Shown here in pieces: positions 19,352 to 30,118 of a stretch of DNA of 33,284 nucleotides. The notes under the pieces were generated by a model. The model was not told the DNA's origin, ran no database searches, and saw only the letters and a list, made by a program, of their open reading frames with translations. The DNA lies in contig DF237558.1 of assembly GCA_000708835.1 (NCBI GenBank), positions 1 through 33,284 on the forward strand, written 5' to 3'. Positions within the stretch are counted from its first letter, which is position 1. Each line of letters begins with the position of its first letter. The position numbers were made by a program, and so were the translations under genes. Origin of the DNA: Klebsormidium nitens. Lineage: Eukaryota; Plantae; Klebsormidiophyceae.

Positions 19352-21551
19352 TTTTTTTCCTCATAAGATTCCTTGGAAAATCCAGTTCATATAGACTGTC
19401 GGGTTTCCACTTATAGCGTTGATGTTGAAGACTATACCATTGCTCATGCTCGGGATACTGTAGTTGTTGACTGACATATTGTTGTTCATGAAGGATTGCT
19501 GTACAAACGTACCAGTTTGCCCAGCTAATCTACTGAGGTTGAGTGTTAGCATACACGAGACTGGATTAATCACAGTTGTTTTCATAAAGACCAGTAATTG
19601 ACCCATACAAGTCGAAGATCCGCTGCCCCAAATCTGCGAGGTATCGAGATACCCTTGCGTCGCCGTGCTGAATGTGATATACCCTCCTGGATTTGTGATG
19701 ATTACAGGCGTGCTGCCAACTTGATTGTAGCTCGGAATGTTGAAAGCATCATAACCGATTGAGAACCCGTTCGCAGAGTGAGAGGATGTTAATGAATTGT
19801 TCACGGCAGTTCGCACCGAACCCCCAGACGTAGCATTCACTGATGTCAGTGTTCCTGACGAACTTTGTGTAAGAGCATAACCAGTGGTGCTGAAACAGTT
19901 CACATTTCCAAAACTGGCGTCTCCACTGAAAGCACTACCTACTTGAGCCAGTTGTATAATCGCTCCGTTTCTAAATTTCGAACTACCATCATCGTACAAA
20001 ACGAGATTCGAAGCAGTTTGAGCAGAGTTCAACCAAACCATTTGAGGCTTCTGAGTGCATAGAACACCTGTTCCGTTGAGTTGAAGATAACCTTGAACAT
20101 TAAGTTGATTTGTCACGTTGACCATTCCTCCTACGTTCAAGTTTCCAAGATTTGAACAATTACCGTTGGTATCAACGGAGAGCAGATTAGACCATGTTGT
20201 ATAGTTCGAATTGAAGGGTTTACATACGTTGAAAGCAGCCGCAGAATAACTACCACTGATGACGGCTCTCACTTGACCACCAGCCCACTGACCAAATCCG
20301 TACCGATCACTTCCACCATAATTTGCAACAGTCATCCATCCAGGGTCTGAAGCAGGAAATTGAAGTCCTCCAGTAGCACATGTTGCAACTCCGTTGACGC
20401 AATTGGACGCGTTGATAGCGGCGTTCGATACGGTAGTGAAAGCGGGCGAGGTATTACTTAAAACCGCGGGTACACCTGTCAAGTAAGAGTATGCCAAGTT
20501 TCCTTGTAGCGTGGTACAGTTAACAGTTCCACCCACGTCTAACGTATACCCAGGTGAAGCGTTATTGATACCTACGTACCCAGTGGAATAGGGTATCGTA
20601 AGAGGTCTGAGACTGTTCGAAGCACCATTCGATGTTCCAGAGAATAACATGTAGTAAGAACTTCCGTCGTAGCGGTGTATCATGCTGTTGTTAGTTGAAC
20701 CATACCAGTAGCGTGTATGACCAGCACCATCATACCCAAACAGACTGTTAGACCCTGCTATTGTGTTTCCAGCGATAACATTCGAAGTTTGAATGAGATT
20801 TCTGACATAAAGGTTTCCCGTGTCGCAAGTTAGCGACATCATGCAGTTCTCAGCGATGTTCTCCCATATCCACCCTTGTTGTGTCCCATTTCCTGCCCTT
20901 ACTCTGACATGGTGAGAGGTACGTCCATCAAGACTCGTACATGCTGTATTTGATGCAGCACTCTTACCAGCACCAGACTGACACATATACATTGACCAAT
21001 TTGCATCTCCACTGTCCCAAAATCTGAGTCCTTTCTGATAACCCGTATCGCTTTGAGTGTTGATGCTAGTTATACCATACGAAGTAAGAGTGCCGCTATT
21101 AGACATATTTCCAGCAGCATTAAGAACTCCCGCAATGTTAACATTTCCAGAATTTGATAAAGTTGTACTTGCTATTGTTCCAGAATTAGAGAGAGTCGCC
21201 GATGAGATGAAACCACCCACCTGCAGGTTGCCCGCATTGGACAGATTACCTAGGAAAGTCGTGTCTCCAGTCCTACAATTGAAGAGATGTCTTTCTGTAG
21301 AGTCTATCAAACACCTGAAACTCAGTCCATACCAACTCGCAAGCCCCCCTTGATTTGATGACCCCCCTCCGTTGCTGCTAAAGGTTGCACCATCAACCCC
21401 GTTAGCCCACACATGTACACCAAAGTTCGTGTCGCTGTTTAGACCGACGCAAAAGTTGCTGGTGTACATTCTGAGAGTATTCGATGGCGTCTGCAGACTG
21501 TAGACCGAAAGCGACGTGTTTGAAATTCCGATATGACTAGACTGATTGTTA

Positions 21552-21735
21552 GAAGCGAAGTATGCCTGATTGGACGTGTACTGATACTGTGTTAGGGTAC
21601 TGTAAGATGCCAGACTGTTTGAACCGAAGTATGCCTGATTGGACGTGTACTGATATTGTGTTAGGGTACTGTAAGATGCCAGACTGTTCGAACCGAAGTA
21701 TGCCTGATTGGACGTGTATTGATATTGAGCAAGAC
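21552..21735. repeat. 69-bp (23-aa) tandem repeat in the fibre gene, ~2.6 copies
   Basis: CGAAGTATGCCTGATTGGACGTGTA occurs at 21556, 21625 and 21694; peptide TLTQYQYTSNQAYFGSNSLASYS. Confidence 0.92.
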
Positions 21736-22810
21736 TCGCAAATGAAGGTACTCCCGTCAAATAGCCCCAAGCAAGCGACCCCGCAAACATGGTCGCTACT
21801 GCAGTGCCGTTAACTTCTAAGGGATAACCTGGTGTGGTAGTGCCTATACCGAGACGCCCACCTACTGTAGCGTTGCCCGACACGTTTGCCGTTCCATTTA
21901 CATCGAGAGTCGCCGAGGGTGTAGTAGTACAGACCCCGAACCGTCCGTTGCCCATACAGTTGAATGATGCCGAACCAAGAGATTGTCCCCACATCCCTAT
22001 TGCTCCATAATTACTAGGACTTGCGTTCGAATAATATGAGAATGCATGCCAACTAGTATTGTAATTTGAAAGGGTGTTGACCCCTACGTTAAGCAGATGG
22101 TAACTGTTAGAATTCAGCGAAGGCGTGTAGAGTGATGACGAAATTCCGCTGGTTATGGTCATATTACTGGTTAAAGCGAGACCTCCAGAAATCGTGGTAG
22201 CACCAGCGGCGAGCGTCCCTGTGAACGTCGCGTTTCCTCCGACAGAGATGTTAGAGCCGAGAGTGAGGTTTGAGCGAATATTTACATGGTTATTCGACGT
22301 CTGAAGCCCGTTGAGTTGGAACAGACCGTTCGATGTGGTGGTCAGGCTATAGGTATTGAGGGTTAAATTTGAATTCTGATTAGAGTCCCTGTATACGATA
22401 CACGAGTCTTTGATGACAGTACTCCACTGTCCGATTTCCATGTATGAAGCTTGGTCTTTCAGTTTGATGAAACCTTGAGTAAAATTCATGAGGGTAGTTA
22501 GTCCACTGTCTGCAGACTGAAGCAGACTCGAGACAGCACCAGCCCCGTTGAAAGCTTGAAATGCACCGAAGCCTAAGCCCGCTGCTCCCAACACTGTTCC
22601 ACCGACAGCGAGGGCGTTGGTCGTAGAATCGAAACTGGGTTTATTTGTTAGACTGGAGTAGTCGATCGCGACTGAACTCAGTCTGTAATTCGAAAACGAA
22701 TTTGAAGAATATATGCCGATGTTGCTGGCGAAGACGCTTGTGTTCGATCCAAAGGTAGAGCGGTTTGTGTTGCTGTTGATTAGAGCATACGAGGAATTCG
22801 AAATCGTTGG

Positions 22811-23199
22811 AAAATTGTTTGACGACCATAAAGATGTGTTGCTTCCAAAATTTGCATTCGAGTAGACAGCATTTGAAAAGGTTGTGAAATTGTTGCTCGA
22901 CCAGACGTATTGCTTCCAAAATTTGCATTCGAGTAGACAGCGTTTGAAAAGGTTGTGAGATTATTGCTCGACCAGACAGACATATTGCTTCCAAAATTTG
23001 CATTCGAGTAGACAGTATTTGAAAAGGTTGTGAAATTATTGCTCGACCAGACAGAGGTGTTGCTTGACCAGACAGAGGTATTGCTTCCAAAATTAGCATT
23101 GCTGTAGATTGAGTTTGAGAATGTTGTGAAATAATTGCTCGACCAGACAGAGGTGTTGCTTCCAAAAGTTGCGTTGCTGTAGATTGAATTTGAGAAGGA
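22811..23199. repeat. 75-bp (25-aa) tandem repeat in the fibre gene, 5 copies
   Basis: Peptide unit TTFSN(S/T/A)(I/V)YSNANFGSNTSVWSSNNF. One unit has an extra 7-aa duplication and one carries the 4-nt deletion. Confidence 0.9.
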
Positions 23200-24176
23200 C
23201 GTAATCGTAGCAGTGGATGCAAGAGTATTAATCTGATTACTGGAGTAAGTAGCAGTGTTTGAGTCGTAAGCACGAAGGGGATAGAAAGTGTTAGACGTGA
23301 CAAAGGTCGGAATCAGATTTGAGCAGAAGTTGCCCGTAGTTTGAGCGGAGACGCTTTGGTTGGACGCAAAGACGCTCTGATTAGAAGTAAATACATAGCG
23401 AGGATAAATGTCATTGGAAAAACCTTGAATTGTAGTAAAAGATGAGTTGCTTAATGTGCTTATTGCACTGCTGTTGCTTGAAACAGAAGAAGCCAGACCC
23501 TGCACCTGATTCGAAATCGAAGAAAGTTGTCCTGAAGTCAGTGTACCCGTCAAGGTTAGATTCGACGATACAACCGACCCAACGGATAGTGCCGCAGCGA
23601 TAGAGACGTCTTGCAGAAACTCTGCACAATGGTTTACGCTATACGTAGGATCAATTTGAACACTACTGACTATGTTCGAACCATTTGAAGAAGTAGCGGA
23701 GAAAACGTACGAACCAGACGTAGGATTGATCTCGTTTGTCAGTGAGTACGAGAATTGTAAATTATCGTTGACGAAAAATTTGAGCGTATTTAGGGTTTGC
23801 CGAAGGGCGACGAGATTGTTGCTTGAGAGTATGAAAGGGTAAGTATTAGAGGTCAAGAGCAGATTCGACCCGCTGTATAGACTAGCGTTGCTTGTATACT
23901 GATTCAATCTAAGATAGTATTGGACGTTACTGGAATCTCCCCACATCAATTGATTAACGTTGCTCTGTCCTGTCTGATTGAGGTAGTAGCGGCAAAGGAA
24001 AGTATTTGCTGGAGCGACTGACAACATAGCGACTCCCGCCTGATTGCTGCCGTTTGCTAAGTAAATCAAATTGTTAGACAGTGTTGCAGCGTTTGACAAC
24101 GTTAGACTCATATTAAAGTATGAAAACACAAAAAAGAAGTTCGTTTGTCGAAATTATTTTCTCACATAATGATATA

Positions 24177-24608
24177 ATGGAAGGATATACCGACAACCTT
24201 GCACGTTGGTTTGTTAGAGAGTATCCGCAACTCTGCAAAGACGTTGGTTTAAAAGAGATTTTGGCGAATCCGTTTGGTGCTCTACTAGATCAAAAAGCCA
24301 GACCAAAAGATCTCAAGATTTTGCTCGAACTTCACGCAGTATACAGAGTTTCTGACACAGGTGTGCCCCACCTTCTACCACGGATTTTCACTCCTGAAGT
24401 CGACGATGACGAAATTGAGTCTTTGTACGAAAGGGGTAATGGTCTTATAAATGGTTTACCAAAATCCACCATAAGTGAAGAGGATGTATACTACTATTCG
24501 GATTTCAGAGGAGTTAAGATCCCGATCGCTGTGATCAACTTCTATTGCAAAGCAGTGCCGAGAACAGACGTCCAGTGGTGTGTGCAATATATCAATCCTG
24601 TGTACTAA
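24177..24608 (+). CDS. Hypothetical protein, ~143 aa
   Basis: Start at 24177 is preferred over 24120 because a 28-nt leader shared with ORF 30025 ends exactly at this ATG. Confidence 0.7.
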   Translation: MEGYTDNLARWFVREYPQLCKDVGLKEILANPFGALLDQKARPKDLKILLELHAVYRVSDTGVPHLLPRIFTPEVDDDEIESLYERGNGLINGLPKSTISEEDVYYYSDFRGVKIPIAVINFYCKAVPRTDVQWCVQYINPVY

Positions 24609-24624
24609 TCATCTTATTATCTTT

Positions 24625-26418
24625 TCAGTAGGACAGCGGCGATCGAGTAAAAGACCCACGCCACCCCGCTGAAGAAGGGATCGTCTGCATATTCACAGTT
24701 CCAGAGACCAAATCATTAAAGTTGACTGCATCATTAGGATAGAAAGTTCCTGATGAGTCTATAATCAGACGAGCGTTGTCACCGTACAGACCTGGCGTCA
24801 TTGATGAATTCGCCTGAATTCCAGTCCCAATCTGCATCACAGAACTTCGTACGACCCCGCCACAGACCACGTCTTTTCCAGTTGATAGATTGCTATTGAC
24901 AAAGACGTTCGAATTGGTCGCGATGAGAGCGGACGTATTCAAATTGCTTTTTAAGTACAGACTATTTAAATTGGACATGTTAAGGTTCGAATCAATCGTC
25001 AGGTTTGACGTGATCTGATTGCTACCGTTGCTATAAGACATGGTTAGTGAGATCCCTCCAAAGTCATGTACCCAAGAAGAGTAGTTCGATCCGTTTTGAT
25101 TCTTTAGAATGATGTTTGAGGTATCTGCTCTGATTCCAGTGGTTGAACTGGTAAGAAATGGGTTCAAATTACTGGTACACTGTAGAAAGACGAAATTACT
25201 TTCGCTCACCTTCAGGTTTGAAGAATTTACTTGGAAATAGTTCGATTGCCCTGTGGTCAGACTGATGTTACAAGTCGAGTTCAAAAGCAACGGAGATGCC
25301 GCGTTTGACCCGTTAGATAATGTAATTACATTACATAGGGTGTTAGCAAATATGAACTTCGTCGAAATGTTGCTGGTGTTGCTAATGTTATTGGTTATCA
25401 TTGGACTGCTGATGTTCAAAGAAGAATTCGAAATGGTCGAGATGCCTGATCCTGCTAACTGGACGCTACCCACGACCAGGTTTGAGGAGGTTATTTGAAT
25501 ATTACTCATGCTAACCGCCTGAGGGTACATGGTCTGAGTATTGAAGTCGATCAGAAGATTCGATCCCGTGGTGGTGTTGTAGAGTGATCCGTTATCTGTG
25601 CTGTAGTTTCCAGTCGGTATCACGAACATCTTAGAAAGATCACTCAAATACAAATCTTTTTTTATTCCGATCGAGTTGTTCGATGTTGCTAGAGGGCGTC
25701 GGAAGACTCGCTCCCACGCAATAATTATAGCATTCGAAGAGTCTGCGTTTGAATCTCCCAGAGCATCGTTGAGGGCATCCTTCAAATCACTAGGGATTTT
25801 CGGTTCTGGACTCACCAAATCCTTAAGAGAATTGTATAAATCATAACCCAAGGACGCTAAATCGAAAGCAGACTGAGCCAGATTGAAAAGGTCGAGCCCG
25901 TTGTCTCCTTCTGGAATGTTTTTAAGAGATGTCCAATCTATCTTGGAATTGGAATCAATAATAGGAACGTTCGATCTATCCAGTATTTGCGAAAGGAAGT
26001 AGATGTTGCTGCTCAGAATAGTCGTCGCGTCTACGTAGTTAGCAAGAAGATTGGATGCCGTGAGATTGCTGGACACTGATAAAACGCTGGTCTGCACGTC
26101 GTAAAAGTCTGCAATGCCTGCCGCAAGGTCAGTCAAAATCAAGTTGCTGCCGAGACCTGAAGAAAACGTTAGATTGCAGAGACTGGCATCATGTGCTTGG
26201 AGTTTTGTGGTGGTTATGTTGCTGGCGACGACATTCGACATAAATCCATAGGTGCTAGCAAAACTGTATGCTTCAATGATTCCAATATCTGCATTAGATG
26301 ATTGCACATTGCTGGTGATTATGCTGTTTGACACCGTGATAGAATCGGTGAGAGGATCGACATCAACCTGATTTTCTAGATTTTGAAGGTAAGGATCACC
26401 TAAATAATAATCTGACAT
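24625..26418 (-). CDS. Ser/Asn-rich fibre-like structural protein, 597 aa
   Basis: Composition resembles the giant fibre. It shares the IDWTSLKNIP / IDYSSLTNKP motif followed by a hydrophobic helix. Confidence 0.7.
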   Translation of the reverse strand: MSDYYLGDPYLQNLENQVDVDPLTDSITVSNSIITSNVQSSNADIGIIEAYSFASTYGFMSNVVASNITTTKLQAHDASLCNLTFSSGLGSNLILTDLAAGIADFYDVQTSVLSVSSNLTASNLLANYVDATTILSSNIYFLSQILDRSNVPIIDSNSKIDWTSLKNIPEGDNGLDLFNLAQSAFDLASLGYDLYNSLKDLVSPEPKIPSDLKDALNDALGDSNADSSNAIIIAWERVFRRPLATSNNSIGIKKDLYLSDLSKMFVIPTGNYSTDNGSLYNTTTGSNLLIDFNTQTMYPQAVSMSNIQITSSNLVVGSVQLAGSGISTISNSSLNISSPMITNNISNTSNISTKFIFANTLCNVITLSNGSNAASPLLLNSTCNISLTTGQSNYFQVNSSNLKVSESNFVFLQCTSNLNPFLTSSTTGIRADTSNIILKNQNGSNYSSWVHDFGGISLTMSYSNGSNQITSNLTIDSNLNMSNLNSLYLKSNLNTSALIATNSNVFVNSNLSTGKDVVCGGVVRSSVMQIGTGIQANSSMTPGLYGDNARLIIDSSGTFYPNDAVNFNDLVSGTVNMQTIPSSAGWRGSFTRSPLSY

Positions 26419-26436
26419 TCTTACTAATAAAAAAGA

Positions 26437-27291
26437 CTATTCTTCGAGTATAACGGTAATTCCTTCGTTTTTGAAAAACTTCTTCAATTGGTCGAATGAT
26501 ATAACGGCACTATTAAAATGTTGAATGTAACGTACATAACCGATACAATACCTCTGATGATTTCGATCGTACAATCTTTGCTTTTTAATCTGTCGAAGGA
26601 CACACGGATAATCATCCCCCAAAGTTGGTTTTATCTCGATGCTAATATTCGCTGATAGAAAGGAGCTACGCTTGCCAATAATAGGTTTATAGAACTCATG
26701 ATCGATCTCATTGTATAAGCAACCCAATTCTCCGATGGGTGTTTCTAGTTCCAATGAAAATTGCATATGTTCAAATAATTTACTCTTACGTATGTAAACG
26801 AAATCGTTTTTGGTTATCAATACGTCCGCCCCACTAGAGCATTCAAATTGAATCTTATAAGGCTTCTTGTCCATCCAGTATTCAAAGAAACATCCATTTT
26901 CAACGACTTTTTCAATCCGTATGAACAAATATGAGTCTTTTGTGATGAACTCACTCACTTTCCAGTCTTCTGTCTTTTCAAAGGCAGATTTAGTCTTCTT
27001 CAATAATTCGAGAGTCTTGTCTTTATGCTTTTCAAACAGAGCAGTAACATCGACATTGTGCAAACGCTTGAGAAAAGTCGACATAAAGTCATCATCCAGA
27101 AACTGTATCTGGATCGCGTTGTGATCGGGTGTTGGTGCATCGGTGCTTTGATTCGAAACGATGATGTTATACACGTTTTCGAACTTCTGAAGCCATGGTT
27201 GTTGCTTCAACCATTCACAGTATTTAACATCTGCAAGAAGTTCCGAAACAGGTTTACCTTTATGCTTTCCAAACTCTACCACTTCCTCCAT
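26437..27291 (-). CDS. FGKHKG-motif protein with a putative restriction-endonuclease-like C-terminus, ~284 aa
   Basis: N-terminal EFGKHKGKPVSELL..VKYCEWL (small DUF3820-like module); C-terminal FE..SGADV...SIEIKPTLGDDYPCVLRQIK resembles a PD-(D/E)XK fold. AAAAAAATTGAATTTTGC lies upstream (27312-27329). Confidence 0.6.
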   Translation of the reverse strand: MEEVVEFGKHKGKPVSELLADVKYCEWLKQQPWLQKFENVYNIIVSNQSTDAPTPDHNAIQIQFLDDDFMSTFLKRLHNVDVTALFEKHKDKTLELLKKTKSAFEKTEDWKVSEFITKDSYLFIRIEKVVENGCFFEYWMDKKPYKIQFECSSGADVLITKNDFVYIRKSKLFEHMQFSLELETPIGELGCLYNEIDHEFYKPIIGKRSSFLSANISIEIKPTLGDDYPCVLRQIKKQRLYDRNHQRYCIGYVRYIQHFNSAVISFDQLKKFFKNEGITVILEE

Positions 27292-27434
27292 CAGGATATT
27301 ATCCTTCTTCAGCAAAATTCAATTTTTTTCAATCTAAGAGCAATACTTACTTATACTTCCTCCTTCTTTGAATAATTCTAATACTTTAATCATTTATGTA
27401 ATGAAATAAGAAAAAAAGAGATGTCAAATAGAAT

Positions 27435-27930
27435 GGGTACATTAGTGAAGGTTTGGGTACAATAAGGAACTTTTGGCGATTTTGACTAGACGTGTTTTTC
27501 CTTTCCCTCAACCAGTCCTAATACGAAAAAGTCCGCTAATGTACCCAATCCTTATCAATCAGATTTGGGTACATTAACGAACGTTTCGTGATTTTGACTA
27601 GACATGTTTTCCTTTCCCCTCAATCAGTCCTGTTGCTGAAAAGTTCGTTAATGTACCCAATCCTTCGTTATTCTACCCATACTTTTATTTCTTTATTGTA
27701 TATCTTCAGGATAATTATTCTCAGTGTATAAATTTGTAAGAAAACGAAACAATATCAATCTTAAATAGGTAAGACATTTATATCTCTTAAAAACATGATT
27801 ATATATTATTTAAAAAGAGGGTACATTAGTGAAGGTTTGGGTACAATAAGGAACTTTTGGCGTTTGAGACTACGTGCAGGAAATGAAAAACCTTCTGAGT
27901 CTTTTTGGCAAACTGTCCGTTAATGTACCC
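27435..27930. repeat. Non-coding array of paired inverted GGGTACATTA sites with longer direct repeats
   Basis: GGGTACATTA at 27435, 27567 and 27819; TAATGTACCC at 27537, 27649 and 27921. A 44-bp perfect direct repeat occurs at 27435-27478 and 27819-27862, and a ~76-bp imperfect direct repeat at 27478-27553 and 27590-27665. Confidence 0.93.
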
Positions 27931-28016
27931 ACTTCATATTTCAAATTTCATATATCAATTTCTAAACTTTTGAATTTTACTAATACTTAAAAAGTATCAG
28001 ACTGTAAACAGTAGTA

Positions 28017-28631
28017 ATGGATACGATACCAGTAGTTACGGATGAAACCGTCATTGTAAAAGATGAACCAGTCCGCTTTACATGCGAATACTGTAAAAAG
28101 CAATACGCCTACAGTCAAGGTAGATCGAGACATTATAATTTGTGCTGGGAAAGACACGAGACGATGAAGAAGCAACCAGAGAATCTAGTGAAGTATGGAG
28201 ATGAAGACGAAGATCGTATCACTGATGAACAAATTCTTGATATTCTAGTCGGTACACCGGCGGACGAAGTTATAACAGCAATTATGAAACTGATATGGGA
28301 TCGCCCAGAATATATGAACGTCAGAATATCTGGCAGATTTAGAAAGAACTGTGCCTATTTTGACGGAAAGTATTGGATTCCGATTGACAGGAAAATATTA
28401 GCAATTGAAGTCATTCAAAGAATCGGGTCACTGATCAACAAAAGGAAGCGTACTAATGACGCTATGCAACGAGCATGCATCTATTATCCGACTAATCGGA
28501 ATAGATACAATCAGTTCATTAACATTTTGGATACCGACGATGACGAAAAATGTGTCAGATCTGGACGTCGTGAACGATTGAGAGATATGCAAGACGATGT
28601 TATAAGATGCTTCATAAGAATAACTTCTTAA
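28017..28631 (+). CDS. C2H2/C2HC zinc-finger protein with an NCLDV-like C-terminal domain, 204 aa
   Basis: FTCEYCKKQYAYSQGRSRHYNLC, then RPEYMNVRIS...YFDGKYW. Motif AAACTTTTGAATTTTAC at 27964-27980 lies upstream. Confidence 0.7.
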   Translation: MDTIPVVTDETVIVKDEPVRFTCEYCKKQYAYSQGRSRHYNLCWERHETMKKQPENLVKYGDEDEDRITDEQILDILVGTPADEVITAIMKLIWDRPEYMNVRISGRFRKNCAYFDGKYWIPIDRKILAIEVIQRIGSLINKRKRTNDAMQRACIYYPTNRNRYNQFINILDTDDDEKCVRSGRRERLRDMQDDVIRCFIRITS

Positions 28632-28673
28632 TTTTTTCTATAATCTCTATAATTTTTCTCTACGTTATAGTAA

Positions 28674-29270
28674 ATGGCAGACACTGAGATAGCAAAAAAG
28701 AAGAGGTTTCACATCGACAGTTCAGACGACGAGGAGACTGAGGAACAGCAGCAGGAAGAGGAATCAGAACTAGAGGAAGAGCAGGAAGAGCAAGAAGACG
28801 AAGTTGTGCCAGCACCTGTTTTAAAAACGAAGTCGACCGCCAAGACGGAAGAGGAGAAGGAGGTGCGTAAGAGGAAGGTCAGTCAAGCAGTGTTAGACCA
28901 CTGCAGAAGGATGCGAGAAATGAGATCGAAAAATCCGAAGCCGAAGGAGATATGTAAGACCGAGGTCAAAAAGAAGGTGAAGGCGATCAAACGTGAGGTC
29001 GAGGAACGCGAAGCAAAAAAAATTAATCAAATTTATGAGGAGGTCATTGAGAAACCAAAATTGAAAGCACAAGCGACTCCTAAACCCACAGCATCTCCTC
29101 CCGCGTTCAAAGACATACTGGATGTCAAGACGTACTACAAAACCAAATATCGAAGCAAATATGGAGCAGCGAGACCACCCCCGCCGCCACCAGAACCAGA
29201 GTACGAAGAACCTGAATATGACCAGCGAGAACTACTGAGACAGGCGATGAATTCGGTCAGATTCTTTTAG
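28674..29270 (+). CDS. Hypothetical acidic/basic low-complexity protein, 198 aa
   Basis: E-rich N-terminus, K-rich middle, polyproline near the C-terminus; clean ATG-TAG ORF. Confidence 0.7.
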   Translation: MADTEIAKKKRFHIDSSDDEETEEQQQEEESELEEEQEEQEDEVVPAPVLKTKSTAKTEEEKEVRKRKVSQAVLDHCRRMREMRSKNPKPKEICKTEVKKKVKAIKREVEEREAKKINQIYEEVIEKPKLKAQATPKPTASPPAFKDILDVKTYYKTKYRSKYGAARPPPPPPEPEYEEPEYDQRELLRQAMNSVRFF

Positions 29271-29285
29271 TATACTATATTAGAA

Positions 29286-29636
29286 ATGGATGTTCAATAC
29301 GACAGACGGTTCAAAACCAAACAAGTTCCGCGTCAAACCCCTGAGGAAAAACAGCAAAAGTTCAAGGAATACTGCCAAAAAAACCGAGAGCGGTTTAATT
29401 CGAACGCGAGAAAGTATTATGCTGATCAACCTCTTATTCAATGTGATCCCTGTCGCATCGAACTTCGAGAGAGAAACTTGGAAAGACATGTGCAGACAAA
29501 AAAACATCAGAAGAATCTCCAAAATTATTCTGATCCTAAATTTGAAGAGTGGAAAAAGGGAAATATAATAAAGTCGTTGCGATTGCACGAGTTGGTCAGA
29601 AAGAATGATTTACCTGTCAGGATCAGTTTTGATTAA
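29286..29636 (+). CDS. Small basic C2H2 zinc-finger protein, 116 aa
   Basis: IQCDPCRIELRERNLERHVQTKKH, preceded by a basic helix. Confidence 0.72.
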   Translation: MDVQYDRRFKTKQVPRQTPEEKQQKFKEYCQKNRERFNSNARKYYADQPLIQCDPCRIELRERNLERHVQTKKHQKNLQNYSDPKFEEWKKGNIIKSLRLHELVRKNDLPVRISFD

Positions 29637-30025
29637 TCAAAGTGAATTGTCGTCAATTCTCGTTGATAATCAGATAAAGGGACTTCTTCTTTGCTGTAAA
29701 AATTGCAATTGCAGATATCGTTCAGATCAGTGATGAACTTTATCGTGGGGTTCTTAAATATGGGTGAGGTGATGAGAAGTCCTTCATGAGTATTTCCATT
29801 GCGTCTTTCAACGAACCTGTTGTAGACTTTGTACCAGTCCAATTTATACTCATTATCAAAGTATTTGAAGTTTATATGATTACACCCAAGATTCAAACTG
29901 CAACTTTCTGCAACAACATTGACATAATACATGACCATCATTCTGTCGGACACTGATATGTCCTTCGATTCGTTGTGGAAGAACTCGCGAGCAATGTAGT
30001 CATCAGGAAGAATGAACCTCGCCAT
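29633..30025 (-). CDS. Hypothetical protein, 130 aa
   Basis: ATG ORF with a 4-nt stop overlap with ORF 29286; shares its leader with ORF 24177. Confidence 0.7.
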   Translation of the reverse strand: MARFILPDDYIAREFFHNESKDISVSDRMMVMYYVNVVAESCSLNLGCNHINFKYFDNEYKLDWYKVYNRFVERRNGNTHEGLLITSPIFKNPTIKFITDLNDICNCNFYSKEEVPLSDYQRELTTIHFD

Positions 30026-30118
30026 TATATCATATGTGAGAAAATAATCCTTAGATTTGTTTTAAACGAAAAAAATAAACAACTACTTCGAACTTTTCTG
30101 ACCGCTAATCACATAAAA

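Larger units (their letters stand above)
19361..24111 (-). pseudogene. Giant fibre/spike protein (~1,584 aa when repaired), interrupted by a 4-nt deletion at ~22905
   Basis: ORF 24111-22780 and ORF 22594-19361 are one frame if TCTG is restored in the fourth 75-bp repeat (AATACGTCTGGTCG versus AATACCTCTGTCTGGTCG in sister repeats). The repaired frame runs stop-free from 22905 into 22594. Three GxxG(I/V)xxxxPxxxLxVxG fibre motifs; Ser/Asn/Gly-rich. Confidence 0.85.

Noticed and set aside
22811-27930. CRISPR-like interpretation of the 75-bp and GGGTAC repeat arrays
   Set aside because: The 75-bp units are in-frame coding repeats without unique spacers. The 27.4-kb sites alternate in orientation and their intervening sequences are themselves repeated. 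No cas genes are present.
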